From a bacterium (GTDB lineage: Bacteria; Patescibacteriota; Patescibacteriia; SG8-24): a stretch of 64,000 nucleotides of DNA. Where the stretch lies: NCBI GenBank assembly GCA_023246225.1, contig JAHFIV010000001.1, positions 46 through 64,045 of the forward strand. Direction: 5' to 3'. Numbering within the stretch: the first letter of the stretch is position 1; each line of letters opens with the position of its first letter. A program made the translations under genes and the position numbers. Under the pieces are notes generated by a model. That model ran no database searches. It saw only the letters and a list, made by a program, of their open reading frames with translations, and was not told where the DNA came from. Shown here in pieces: positions 19,527-29,226 of this stretch.

Positions 19527-19614
19527 AAAAAGTTTTTCAAGATGAGTAGTACTTTCATAGTAATTTCTTGTTTATCGTTTGTCAATATGTATTTATCGTT
19601 CTACATAATGGCAA

Positions 19615-19645
19615 GCCACAAAAAGACCGGCCAAGAAGGCCGGTT
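19615..19645 (-). terminator. intrinsic terminator-like hairpin
   Basis: GACCGGCC-AAGAA-GGCCGGT stem with a T-run on the minus strand. Follows the stop of 19659..20027. Confidence 0.4.
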
Positions 19646-19658
19646 ATACCATCGTAAA

Positions 19659-20027
19659 TCAGCGTGCGTGCGGATTTCGCGGTGGTGGAACAACGATGTC
19701 AAACTCGATCGCATCGTGCGTCACCGAGACTTTTTCCAACTCGTGAAGGACTTTTGGTAGCCACACGTCCCTGAGCTTCGCACACGTCGGTACGCGCAGT
19801 GCTTTGACCGCCGCGTTGTACTCGGCGAGAGAATCATCGCTCTCATCAACGCCTCCCCGCAACCCATCGAGTCGTGATTTCACCCTCTTGCGAATTTCTG
19901 CGAAAGAAATTTTTACTCGCACGGAATTTTTTCCATCACAACGCGCAATCGTTCGATGCTGAGTGATGATCCCGTTGAGCGACTCGTAAACAGCATCGGC
20001 GATAAGTTTTTCCGCGGACGCGTTCAT
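19659..20027 (-). CDS. hypothetical protein
   Basis: A 122-aa ORF with no recognisable motif. Confidence 0.4.
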   Translation of the reverse strand: MNASAEKLIADAVYESLNGIITQHRTIARCDGKNSVRVKISFAEIRKRVKSRLDGLRGGVDESDDSLAEYNAAVKALRVPTCAKLRDVWLPKVLHELEKVSVTHDAIEFDIVVPPPRNPHAR

Positions 20028-20147
20028 TTTTCCTCCTCATGCTCATGCACAACAACAAGTGTACTCGATGAATGATAAAGGAACGGGCACTTTAGTCAAC
20101 ATTTCCAAGGTGGATAAAACGGAATATCCGTCTGCTATACTAACGCC

Positions 20148-21935
20148 ATGATCAAGCGCATTCCAAAAAAGACGATCGCAAAAAATGAGGAGCGCCAAAA
20201 CTACCCGCTCCCGCAGCTCATGCGCGACCTCTGGAGCCATCTTTCACCGTACAAAGGTGAGCTCGCTTTCGCGACAACGATGCGTCTCATCGGGGACATC
20301 GCGCAGCTCTGGCCATGGTACGCCGTGAGCAAGGGAATCACGTCGCTCACGGCATGGCACACCGGTGATCCAACGCTACCTATCTTCCTGTGGTTCGCTT
20401 CATGGGCCGCCGCTGTACTGTTACGCCAAATCACGGTGTTCTTCGCCAAGACGAACGGATTCATGGTAGGAGAACGTGCCGCGCTCGACGTGCGTACGCG
20501 CAGCATGGAACGACTCCTCGCGCTCGACATCGCGTGGCATGAAAAAGAAAACGCCGGCAACAAAATGCAGCGCATCACGAGCGCGGCTGATGGTGTGTAT
20601 CGTTACGTACGCGCTTGGATCGGTAACATTATCGAAATTATCGTCTCGCTCATCGGGATACTCGTGATTATCGCCACAGTTGATTCTTTTATTTCGTTGT
20701 CTGCGCTCGGATTTCTCTGCATATACACTCCGCTCGCCATGCATTTCCGACGTGGCAGTAGCAGTGCTGCACGCGCGGTGAATGCGGAAATGGAAAAAGT
20801 ATCCGGCGCAATGTTTGAGTCGCTCAACAACGTACGCACAGCAAAGGTACTCTCCATGGCACCAGCGCTCCTACGCATCATCGGCGACTACACGAAAGGA
20901 ACCGTCAAAAAAATTCGTGTACGCTTGAATTCATTCCAGTTCGCAAACCTTTGTCTCAGCCTGCTTTCTATCGTCTTCAAACTCTGCGCATTGCTCTACA
21001 TTGTAAATGGCGTGATGCACGGGCGATACGAAACCGGATTCATCTTGCTCTTTCATGGATACTTCAACCGCCTCACTGACGCCGCAACTGAACTTTCTGA
21101 CGTGAGTCAAGATTTGGAAGTGGCGCGCCATGCGATCGGTCGACTCGCGGAGATGAACCGCACTCCTGTGATCGATCCGGGTACAAAATCGTATCCAAAA
21201 AATTGGAAAATTATTTCGCTTAAAAACGTCAGCTACTCCTACGCTGGCCAACAAGTTCTCCGAAATATCTCATTCAACATACGACGAGGAGAACGTGTTG
21301 GTCTCGTTGGTCTTTCTGGCGCCGGAAAATCGACGCTTTTTAAATTACTACTCAAAGAATTAGAAGACTATCAAGGAGATATAGTAGTGGATGGTTTACC
21401 ATTACGAGAAATTCGCAAACGAGATTGGTATCGCCACGCTGCGGTCGTGCTGCAAGAAACTGAGGTGTTCAACTTTCCCTTGCGTCAAAATGTAACGATC
21501 GCCGCAGAAAATGGTGGGCGCGATCGTGCACGTCTGAAACGCGCGCTCGACATCGCGCACGTCACTGACTTTCTCAGCAAATTACCAAAAGGTGTCGAAA
21601 CAGTGATCGGTGAAAAAGGAGTAAAACTCTCCGGGGGAGAACGTCAACGTGTTGGTATAGCACGCGCAGTGTTCAAACGACCGGACGTACTCTTTCTCGA
21701 TGAGGCAACTTCACATCTCGATCTTGAATCGGAAGAACGGATCCGCGACTCACTCCACGTCTTTTTCCGCGATGTCACCGCCGTGGTGATCGCTCACCGA
21801 CTCACCACTATCAAAGAAATGGATCGCATTTTCGTGCTGGAAAATGGACGTCTCATCGAGCAAGGTACGTTCGCGGAGTTGTATAACGCGCACGGCAGAT
21901 TCCATGATTTATGGGAAATGCAAAAGCTTGGGTAA
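20148..21935 (+). CDS. ABC transporter, fused permease/ATP-binding (type I exporter, MsbA-like)
   Basis: N-terminal 6-TM domain. NBD with Walker A GLSGAGKST, signature LSGGERQR and Walker B VLFLDEATSHLD. Confidence 0.9.
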   Translation: MIKRIPKKTIAKNEERQNYPLPQLMRDLWSHLSPYKGELAFATTMRLIGDIAQLWPWYAVSKGITSLTAWHTGDPTLPIFLWFASWAAAVLLRQITVFFAKTNGFMVGERAALDVRTRSMERLLALDIAWHEKENAGNKMQRITSAADGVYRYVRAWIGNIIEIIVSLIGILVIIATVDSFISLSALGFLCIYTPLAMHFRRGSSSAARAVNAEMEKVSGAMFESLNNVRTAKVLSMAPALLRIIGDYTKGTVKKIRVRLNSFQFANLCLSLLSIVFKLCALLYIVNGVMHGRYETGFILLFHGYFNRLTDAATELSDVSQDLEVARHAIGRLAEMNRTPVIDPGTKSYPKNWKIISLKNVSYSYAGQQVLRNISFNIRRGERVGLVGLSGAGKSTLFKLLLKELEDYQGDIVVDGLPLREIRKRDWYRHAAVVLQETEVFNFPLRQNVTIAAENGGRDRARLKRALDIAHVTDFLSKLPKGVETVIGEKGVKLSGGERQRVGIARAVFKRPDVLFLDEATSHLDLESEERIRDSLHVFFRDVTAVVIAHRLTTIKEMDRIFVLENGRLIEQGTFAELYNAHGRFHDLWEMQKLG

Positions 21936-22209
21936 TGTCTCAATAAAAAATGCGGACGGTGATCAGTTCAACGTCCGCGCACTGCTCAGAATACCCTTTC
22001 CCGCCGCGTCCGTTGCTTTCGCAACGCGCACATACACTTTTTCTCGCCGGGAGCCGAAGCTGCGGGCGGAAACTGACATGTGCGACCAGGCTGCAGCCTG
22101 GAGACTGAATGATGGAAGATCTCCTCCATTTAAGGAGGATACCCGCCAGAATCTTGCGACAACCGCGGTTGCGCAAGAAACCAAGGGATCAAATGAACTC
22201 GCTGAGACC

Positions 22210-22587
22210 CTACTCTGTATCGGGGTCTTTGTCAAGCATCAGAGACTCGTCTCCTGGGAGACCGGTGCCCCACAAATTCGCCGCGTCGACATTTGCGCCC
22301 GTACGGATCGCATTCATGACGCTTGAATCCGAAAGATCCGCTTCGGTGAGATCGGCATCGGTCAGATCTACGTCGCACAGGTTCGCACACGAAAGGTCTG
22401 CCTGACGCAGCTTCGCTTTGCAAAACTTTGCTCCGCGCAAATCTGCCCCACTCAGATCAACTCCACGCAAATCCAGCGAAGAAAAATCGACACCGCGCAA
22501 ATCGATCGCAGCGCCACTGTTTTTCTGACGCCAAAGATTCCACTCCGCAACAGACCGACGCAGACGCGCTTCTTGTTCTTTGTGCAC
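22210..22587 (-). CDS. pentapeptide-repeat protein
   Basis: Consecutive A(D/N)Lxx repeats (VDFSSLDLRGVDLSGADLRGAKFCKAKLRQADLSCANLCDVDLTDADLTEADLS). Confidence 0.75.
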   Translation of the reverse strand: MHKEQEARLRRSVAEWNLWRQKNSGAAIDLRGVDFSSLDLRGVDLSGADLRGAKFCKAKLRQADLSCANLCDVDLTDADLTEADLSDSSVMNAIRTGANVDAANLWGTGLPGDESLMLDKDPDTE

Positions 22588-22778
22588 TAGACGAGCTCCT
22601 TGTTCTTCCAGACGAAATTGTCTGGAATAGTCGAGTAGACGACGCTCTTAAAAAGAGCGAAGAAATGAATATAGCATCAGATCGTTTCTCTGTCAATCAT
22701 CCCCCACTTGCCGAGACAAGTGCCATAGTACCTGTCCCTCTCTCTGGTGCCAGGCATCGGAGGGACAGGTATGGTTGA

Positions 22779-23174
22779 TCAACTTTTTGATTGCACACTG
22801 AAGCGGTACATCCCCATACCGCAGGTGCCTTGGAGCGTACCGGGTTTGAGATCTCCTACCGCAACATCGGTCGTCCCTGATGACGGCAAACTCTGAGTGA
22901 TGCCGAGACTCGGGATACGAATTGTCGACGTGCAGTCGAACGTGCCGTTCGTTTCAAAACGCAACACCGTCGGAATTCCCGTTTTTGCTTCGCTCATTCC
23001 TGGCTGATAACCGCCTTTTACTTTGATTCGTACCACCTGCGTGCCGTTTTCCATCGTCACGTTTGCACCGCTCGTTGGTGACGCTTGCACCTTAGCGCCG
23101 TCTCCGCGCAACAACACCCACGCACCGAGCGCGAGTACGATCACTATGGCAAATCCTGCGAGAGCTGATTTCAT
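22779..23174 (-). CDS. membrane-anchored cupredoxin-like / copper-binding protein
   Basis: N-terminal TM anchor followed by a beta-rich domain ending TCGMGMYRF. Sits in the copper cluster. Start taken at the internal ATG (MKSALAG). Confidence 0.45.
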   Translation of the reverse strand: MKSALAGFAIVIVLALGAWVLLRGDGAKVQASPTSGANVTMENGTQVVRIKVKGGYQPGMSEAKTGIPTVLRFETNGTFDCTSTIRIPSLGITQSLPSSGTTDVAVGDLKPGTLQGTCGMGMYRFSVQSKS

Positions 23175-23184
23175 ATATTTTTGA

Positions 23185-24216
23185 TTAAAAATTGAAGAGC
23201 GGAGGAAGATATCCTGCCGCAACAAGACTGTTCGTGATGTTGAAGAGCGCAAACAAGATAACGATCAATCCTGCGGTCTTGAAGAACACACCTTTGCGCG
23301 CACTTTTCTCCACGCTGAACGAACTGAAACTGATAAGCGCAAGAACTGGCAACGTGCCGAGCGCGAATGAAAGCATCGTCAGTCCTCCTTTCAGAAAACT
23401 TCCAGTCGAGAGCGTGTAAATCTGCATGGATTGCGTGAAACCACACGGGAGAAAAAACGTCGCGATGCCGACGAGTAGTGGCGTCAGCCGATGGTTCATC
23501 TTATGAAGACTTGTGACTCGTCGCGAGACGAACTTCGGCATCGATATCTGCCATCGTTTCGTCCAATCAAAAACATCGAGAAGGTTGACCCCGAGCACGA
23601 GCATAACAAAACCGATCACGAGACCAAGGATCAATGATGCAACGCCGCGCAGTTGGAACGCTGATCCAACCGCACCGATCACCCCTCCGAGCAAAAAAAA
23701 CGAAACGATTCTCCCGCCATGAAAGAGAAGTTGCGGCCTCACCTTGTCACCTTCTTTTGCGAACGTCGCAGAGAGAGAAAGCAGGAGTCCGCCAACAACC
23801 GCCATGCACGTGGAAAGCGAAGCGATGATACCGATGACAAACGCTGTGCCGTAGGAGACTTTTGTTGCGGTCACAAGATTGACCAGACCGATCTTCTGCA
23901 ATGCAAGGAAGATGATAACAAAGGCGAATGTGATCGGAACGGCATACTTGAAGTCGCTCCAATTCTTTTTTTGTATCGGCTTGTCGACCGATAGTGCGTA
24001 TCCGTTTTTTTCGAGAACACGCGTAAGTTCCTCTGCGATCTGCGCCGGTGATCTCTCGCCGAAATTACCGGTCACCTCTATGGTGTTCGTCGCTAAACTT
24101 GATTTCGCAAACATCACATGGGGAAGATCCTGCAGTTCACTCTCTGTCATCAAAATGCAGGCGTTGCAATGCATGCCCGTCACATGAAAAGTAACGGTTT
24201 TATTTTTTTCTTCCAT
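23185..24216 (-). CDS. HMA-domain protein fused to a CcdA/DsbD-like (or TauE-like) polytopic membrane domain
   Basis: N-terminal heavy-metal-associated motif GMHCNAC. At least 6 TM segments, with paired TM cysteines (STCMAV and FLPCGF). Confidence 0.65.
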   Translation of the reverse strand: MEEKNKTVTFHVTGMHCNACILMTESELQDLPHVMFAKSSLATNTIEVTGNFGERSPAQIAEELTRVLEKNGYALSVDKPIQKKNWSDFKYAVPITFAFVIIFLALQKIGLVNLVTATKVSYGTAFVIGIIASLSTCMAVVGGLLLSLSATFAKEGDKVRPQLLFHGGRIVSFFLLGGVIGAVGSAFQLRGVASLILGLVIGFVMLVLGVNLLDVFDWTKRWQISMPKFVSRRVTSLHKMNHRLTPLLVGIATFFLPCGFTQSMQIYTLSTGSFLKGGLTMLSFALGTLPVLALISFSSFSVEKSARKGVFFKTAGLIVILFALFNITNSLVAAGYLPPLFNF

Positions 24217-24221
24217 AGAAT

Positions 24222-26489
24222 CTACAACGACTTCGTTTTAAGTCGAAGCGAATTGCCGACAACCGATACGCTTGAGAACGCCATCGCGAGCCCGGCGAAG
24301 GCGGGATTCAGCAGCCAACCAAATATCGGGTAGAACAGCCCCGCAGCAAGTGGAATACCGATGATGTTATAGATGAACGCCCAAAACAAATTCTGTTTAA
24401 TGCCACGCATCGTTATTTTGGAAAGCTTGATCGCTTTCACGAGCTTAGAAATATCACCATGAAGAAGAGTGACGCCAGCAGATTCTATCGCGACGTCCGT
24501 TCCGGTCGCCATCGCGATGCCGACATCCGCCTGCGCGAGCGCTGGCGCATCGTTCACGCCGTCCCCTGCCATCGCAACAACATGGCCACCTGACTGAAGC
24601 GTCTTAATCTTTTCGAGCTTCCCTTCGGGTAGCACCCCAGCGACCACTTCATCGATACCGACCTGCTCTGCGATGTACTTCGCTGTGTTGTGATCGTCAC
24701 CGGTGAGCATCACCACAGTGATGCCGAGTTTGTGGAGCCGAGAGATCGCTTCTTTGGCTTCGGGTTTGATCGCATCAGCCACAAAAAATACGCCGAGCAA
24801 AGCATCTTTCGATGCGAGCATCACCGGTGTTTTTCCTTCTCGCGTCTCGCGCTCAAGAGCTGCGGTATCGAATGTGCGCCCGAGCGATGTCATCAATTTT
24901 ACATTCCCGGCGTAATATTCGTGTCCATCGATCATCCCTCGCAATCCTTGTCCTTTTATCGCTTCAAAATTTTCGACAGGTCGCAGCGACAGTCGCTTGT
25001 TCTCGGAATATTTCACAATGGCGTTCGCGATCGGATGTTCAGATTTTTTTTCGAGCGAGGCGAGAATTGCAACAAGTTCGTCATCGCTCTTCTTCGACAA
25101 GTTGCGGATGGAAATCAATTCGGGATTGCCTTTCGTGATCGTCCCTGTCTTGTCGACAACGACCGTATCAACCTTGTGCAACTTTTCCAAAATCGCCGCA
25201 TCTTTAATAAGAATGCCTTCCTTTGCGCCCTTGCCCACACCAACGATGATCGCGGTCGGCGTCGCAAGACCGAGCGCGCACGGACAAGCGATAACGAGCA
25301 CGCCGACAAAGGAGACGAGGCCACTCGATAACGCTTGGGAAAAACCGAGGTATCTCGTTCCGATGATCAGCCAGAATGCGAGCGTGGCAAAAGCAACAGC
25401 GAGCACTGTCGGCACGAATATCGAGGAGATCTTGTCTGCGAGGGCCTGAATCGGCGCCTTGCTCCCCTGCGCTTCTTCGACCATCTTGATGATACGCGCA
25501 AGCATCGTCTCTGCGCCGACCTTCGTCGCTTTGAACATGAAAGCGCCGCTGGTGTTCATCGTTCCAGAAATCACGAAATCACCAACAGATTTTTTTACCG
25601 GCATCGGCTCACCAGTGACGACAGCCTCGTCCACATACGACGATCCTTCTGTGACTGTGCCGTCGACAGGGATGCGGCCCGCAGGTTTCACAACGATGAC
25701 ATCGCCATGAACAACTTGCTCGACGGGGATCGCAATTTCTTTTCCGTCGCGCACAACCACCGCGATTTTTTCCTGCAAATTCAGCAACTTCTCGATCGCA
25801 TCGCCCGTTTTTATTTTTGAACGAGCCTCAAGATATTTACCGAGCGAAATAAATGCGATCACTACGATCGTCACATCATAATACACATGCGCCGTGTTGA
25901 TGAACGGTTTGAGTGCGTCCTCGAACGCGTTCACGATGAAACTATACAGGTACGCCGCCGACGTACCGATGCCGATGAGTGTGTCCATGTTCGCTTTGCC
26001 GTAGCGGAGAAAACGATACACGCCGAGCAGATACGGTTTTCCCACGACGAACAACGCGTACGTCGCCATGAGTGGCATCAGGTGATGGAAAAATTCGCTC
26101 CAAAAATAAGGAATCGCAGGAAGCGCACCGAGCTGCGCCACGATTTCCCATGTCATGATGACGATACTGATCGCGGCGAGCGGCATAATCGACAAAACTT
26201 TCGTGCGCATGCCTGCAACTTCCATCATTTTCTCGCGCTTTGATTGATCCACACCCGCGTGCATGGAATGATCTTGTGAAAGTATGAATGAGTACCCGAG
26301 CGGTTCGATTTTTTTTGATATCTGCTGCGGATGTATCTTTGCAGCATCAAACGAAATCTTTGCGGTTTCGGTGCCGTAGTTTACCTCTGCTGAATTCACC
26401 CCGTCCGTTTTTTTGAGCGTCTTCTCGATGATGCCTGCGCAAGAAGCGCAGTGCATGCCCTTGACCTTGTAGGTCGCTGAACTGTCCAT
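24222..26489 (-). CDS. copA: copper-translocating P1B-type ATPase
   Basis: N-terminal HMA GMHCASCAG. TM CPC motif (ACPCALGLATP). Phosphorylation site DKTGTIT. Hinge GDGVNDAPAL. Confidence 0.95.
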   Translation of the reverse strand: MDSSATYKVKGMHCASCAGIIEKTLKKTDGVNSAEVNYGTETAKISFDAAKIHPQQISKKIEPLGYSFILSQDHSMHAGVDQSKREKMMEVAGMRTKVLSIMPLAAISIVIMTWEIVAQLGALPAIPYFWSEFFHHLMPLMATYALFVVGKPYLLGVYRFLRYGKANMDTLIGIGTSAAYLYSFIVNAFEDALKPFINTAHVYYDVTIVVIAFISLGKYLEARSKIKTGDAIEKLLNLQEKIAVVVRDGKEIAIPVEQVVHGDVIVVKPAGRIPVDGTVTEGSSYVDEAVVTGEPMPVKKSVGDFVISGTMNTSGAFMFKATKVGAETMLARIIKMVEEAQGSKAPIQALADKISSIFVPTVLAVAFATLAFWLIIGTRYLGFSQALSSGLVSFVGVLVIACPCALGLATPTAIIVGVGKGAKEGILIKDAAILEKLHKVDTVVVDKTGTITKGNPELISIRNLSKKSDDELVAILASLEKKSEHPIANAIVKYSENKRLSLRPVENFEAIKGQGLRGMIDGHEYYAGNVKLMTSLGRTFDTAALERETREGKTPVMLASKDALLGVFFVADAIKPEAKEAISRLHKLGITVVMLTGDDHNTAKYIAEQVGIDEVVAGVLPEGKLEKIKTLQSGGHVVAMAGDGVNDAPALAQADVGIAMATGTDVAIESAGVTLLHGDISKLVKAIKLSKITMRGIKQNLFWAFIYNIIGIPLAAGLFYPIFGWLLNPAFAGLAMAFSSVSVVGNSLRLKTKSL

Positions 26490-26546
26490 ATCATGGTCTC
26501 TGGTAATTATAAAAACCGAACAAAATCGCGCGCGATTCGATTCGGT

Positions 26547-26916
26547 TTAATTACGCAAAATGACGGTCGATAAATTTTTGTGACGAAGAAATTTTCCTAT
26601 ACCCTCTCGCAAACGTCTTCGCGGATCATCAATCGATGCGTCACACAAAAAAATCTGAGAGAGAAAAATAACAAAAGAAAAAAACAGGGCAATAGACTCG
26701 ATCGCGACCATGGTTGCCGCAGGCGACACCGATCTCACGCAATGATCCAGGCAATTAGTGTCGCTGCCGTGCGACATCGGTAAAGAACTGCACGCGTCCC
26801 CCATACATTGTCCCATCCCCATGTCAGTGCCAGGCATACCAAAAAATGCCATGCCCGCAAAAGAGAGGGTCATGAGAAGCAATGAGGCGAATACCGTGTA
26901 GGAAATAAGTCGACGC
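26547..26916 (-). CDS. small Met/His/Cys-rich membrane-anchored protein (putative copper-binding)
   Basis: MPGTDMGMGQCMGDACSSLPMSHGSDTNCLDHC region rich in Met/Cys/His. Immediately upstream of copA on the same strand. Confidence 0.4.
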
Positions 26917-26967
26917 ATATCTACATTCACTATAGCAGATTTCAAAAAATAAACCTTGCATGCTCTC

Positions 26968-27250
26968 TTTGTCATTCCAGCTTCCTTCTATTGTCATTCC
27001 GGACCCCTCTTCTTGTCATTCCGGCCTCCGAGCCGGAATCCATGCGAACAAAATAACCAAACAAATTTTGTTTGATCTTTTTTTACGTTCTGGATTCCGG
27101 GTCACGGCCCGGAATGACAAAAAAGAAGGGTCGGAATGACAAAAGAATGATGGCGGAATCCAGAATAAAAAAAGGCCAAACGAAAATTGTTTGGCTTTAC
27201 GGTTCTGGGTCCTGAATCCCCCGGACCTGATCCGGGGTCAGGATGACAAT
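26968..27250. repeat. MITE-like palindromic repeat cluster R1 (TGTCATTCCGG family)
   Basis: Three 22-nt tandem units starting TGTCATTCC, then hairpin modules (CCGGCCTCCGAGCCGG; CCAAAC-N-GTTTGG with a T-run; TTCTGGATTCCGGGTCACGGCCCGGAATGACAA). Shared with loci R2-R5. Confidence 0.8.
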
Positions 27251-27259
27251 AGTGAGCTA

Positions 27260-27622
27260 CTACTTCGTGCTGCGTGCCTCGTCGACGCAGCGCTGGTAGT
27301 CGCTCCTCGCCTCGACGCAGTCGGTGGCGAGTCCACCTTCGCAGATCGAGGTTCCTGAGGCGCACGCAGTGACGCGCTTGAGCGTACTCGTGCACGCGTT
27401 CGTGAGCTTCTGGATGCCGAGGCACTCACGCACGCAGTCATCGTTCACGAGCGCGAGCTCGCAGCGTCGACGCGCGATGCAGTACGACACGCACGGATCC
27501 TCCTCGAGCGCCTGACCGGCGAGCGACGGCGAGTTGGAGCACGCAGAGAGTGAAACACCGATGGAGACGACGATGGCGCCAGCGATGCAAAGACCGATAT
27601 GATCGACGAATGACCTTCTCAT
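27260..27622 (-). CDS. small Cys-rich lipoprotein
   Basis: Signal peptide plus lipobox LSAC. 10 Cys in 120 aa. A GAGG motif 5 nt upstream of the ATG. Confidence 0.5.
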   Translation of the reverse strand: MRRSFVDHIGLCIAGAIVVSIGVSLSACSNSPSLAGQALEEDPCVSYCIARRRCELALVNDDCVRECLGIQKLTNACTSTLKRVTACASGTSICEGGLATDCVEARSDYQRCVDEARSTK

Positions 27623-27654
27623 TTTTCCTCATTTCTCCAGAACATTCTGGGGTT

Positions 27655-27816
27655 GGGACCTCTGGAAAAGTATATTCCGAAGCTGAAAACGAGGGATTTT
27701 TTCCGATCCGTATCGGGGACACGCCACAAACGATATGGAGTATCGTTGAGGACGCGGCACTGATACGGGCGGAAAAAATAACCGTTTTCTGCCGGAAGAG
27801 ACTTTTTCAGCGGTCC
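27655..27816. ncRNA. conserved ~163-nt structured intergenic element, copy E1
   Basis: About 80% identical to 61931..62093, with compensatory changes in three stems. Bounded by GGGACC...GGTCC. Confidence 0.45.
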
Positions 27817-27927
27817 AGATACTTATACCTGATCCATAAGTATTTGCAACACCGCGCCTTATGCGCGCCGTTCTCAATACCAGATAGAAACAACATATGC
27901 TAAAATCTACACTTAGAACCTTCCCCT

Positions 27928-28494
27928 ATGAAAAAAGTCTTTATCGTCCATGGCTTAGGGAGCAGCCCGAACGGCGGTTGGCGTCCTTGGCTTATGGGTG
28001 AACTCAAAAAACATCACGTCTACGCGTGCGCGCTTGCAATGCCCACTCCCGATGAACCGGTTTGTGCTGAGTGGGTCGAGGAGATCGCGAGACATGTAGA
28101 AAAAAATGCGAATGATGAAATTTTTCTTGTCGGGCACAGCCTCGGTGTTTCTGCGATCCTGCGCTATCTAGAAACTGCGCCAGAAAAAATTCGTGTGTCT
28201 GGTGTCGTACTTGTATCTGGACGCTGCACTTCTCATCCGAATAAAAAATTGGCCAATTTTTTTGAACCAGCTTTTCATTTTGCAACGATCGCTTCTCGAG
28301 CGCGTTCGTTTACTATCATTCACGGCGATGACGACCAGGTCGTTTCTTTCGATAACGCCGAAATACTCTCACGGGAGTTGCACGCAGAGCTTATCGTGAT
28401 ACCGAAAGGTGGACATCTGAACGGTGGAAGCGGTTGGCAAACGCTCCCCGCGTGTCTCGATACGCTCATGAAAATGATTGGCTCATCCTCTTAG
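27928..28494 (+). CDS. alpha/beta serine hydrolase, RBBP9/YdeN family
   Basis: Nucleophile elbow GHSLG plus a C-terminal HGDDDQVVS and GGHL arrangement typical of the family. 188 aa. Confidence 0.8.
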   Translation: MKKVFIVHGLGSSPNGGWRPWLMGELKKHHVYACALAMPTPDEPVCAEWVEEIARHVEKNANDEIFLVGHSLGVSAILRYLETAPEKIRVSGVVLVSGRCTSHPNKKLANFFEPAFHFATIASRARSFTIIHGDDDQVVSFDNAEILSRELHAELIVIPKGGHLNGGSGWQTLPACLDTLMKMIGSSS

Positions 28495-29226
28495 GAGCGT
28501 AATCCCCCACACACTTCCTGCTCCCGATTTTTTTAAAATTCTTGCGCATTCTTGTAATGTTGCTGACGATGTCGCCACGTCATCGATCAGAACGTAACGA
28601 CCGCCCTCGCGCACACGAGAAGTGACGTGAAAAATGCCGACCACGTTCTCGGTTCTTGCGCGACGATCTTGAATCGCCGCTTGCGACTGCCGACCATGAC
28701 TTCGACGTAAGAGATTCATCGCAACCGACGCATGCATCACTTTTCCAAACGACCGCGCAAGCGCTTCTGATTGATTGAACCCGCGCGTGGCACGACGAAA
28801 AAAAGCGAGCGGCACCGGAATAATTTTTGCGTCCTGCGCAACGATACCCATGAGTGCTCGGTGGCGCTCAATAAACAGAGAAAAAATTGTCTGCAATGTT
28901 CGTCCTGCAGCTTCGACCCTTTCGTACTTCCACAGCTGCAATAAACGCCGTAGCGTTCGATCGCTGTACGGTGCAACAGAGAGAAGACCGTCGAGTGGTG
29001 CCGCGCGACACTTGCGCGCATCACACGCAACACCGAGCGGGGTCGCTGTTCCGCAGAGCGCGCAAGCAAAAAGCCCCTTTCGGGGGCTTTTCAATTCTTC
29101 GAAACATTCGCTGCAGAGCACCTCGCCTTCTTTTTCACACGCGACGCAGTGATGAGGAAATAACGCGCGAAAAAAGAGATCGATCACGCCGGGTTTCACT
29201 TCCACGTTGCGGAATTCACCTTCCAT
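28483..29226 (-). CDS. comFC: ComF-family protein (competence protein ComFC-like, phosphoribosyltransferase domain)
   Basis: N-terminal 4-Cys zinc-finger (CVACEKEGEVLCSEC ... CALCG). C-terminal PRTase motif VLIDDVATSSATL. Confidence 0.8.
   Translation of the reverse strand: MEGEFRNVEVKPGVIDLFFRALFPHHCVACEKEGEVLCSECFEELKSPRKGLFACALCGTATPLGVACDARKCRAAPLDGLLSVAPYSDRTLRRLLQLWKYERVEAAGRTLQTIFSLFIERHRALMGIVAQDAKIIPVPLAFFRRATRGFNQSEALARSFGKVMHASVAMNLLRRSHGRQSQAAIQDRRARTENVVGIFHVTSRVREGGRYVLIDDVATSSATLQECARILKKSGAGSVWGITLLRG

Noticed and set aside
24690-25820. Several 150-210-aa plus-strand ORFs inside copA
   Set aside because: Antisense to a confidently identified P-type ATPase. Compositionally biased.
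26968-27250. Possible CRISPR array, considered because of short palindromic direct repeats at five loci
   Set aside because: Units are heterogeneous modules. There are no uniformly sized unique spacers. The same inter-repeat sequences recur at different loci. No cas genes are present.
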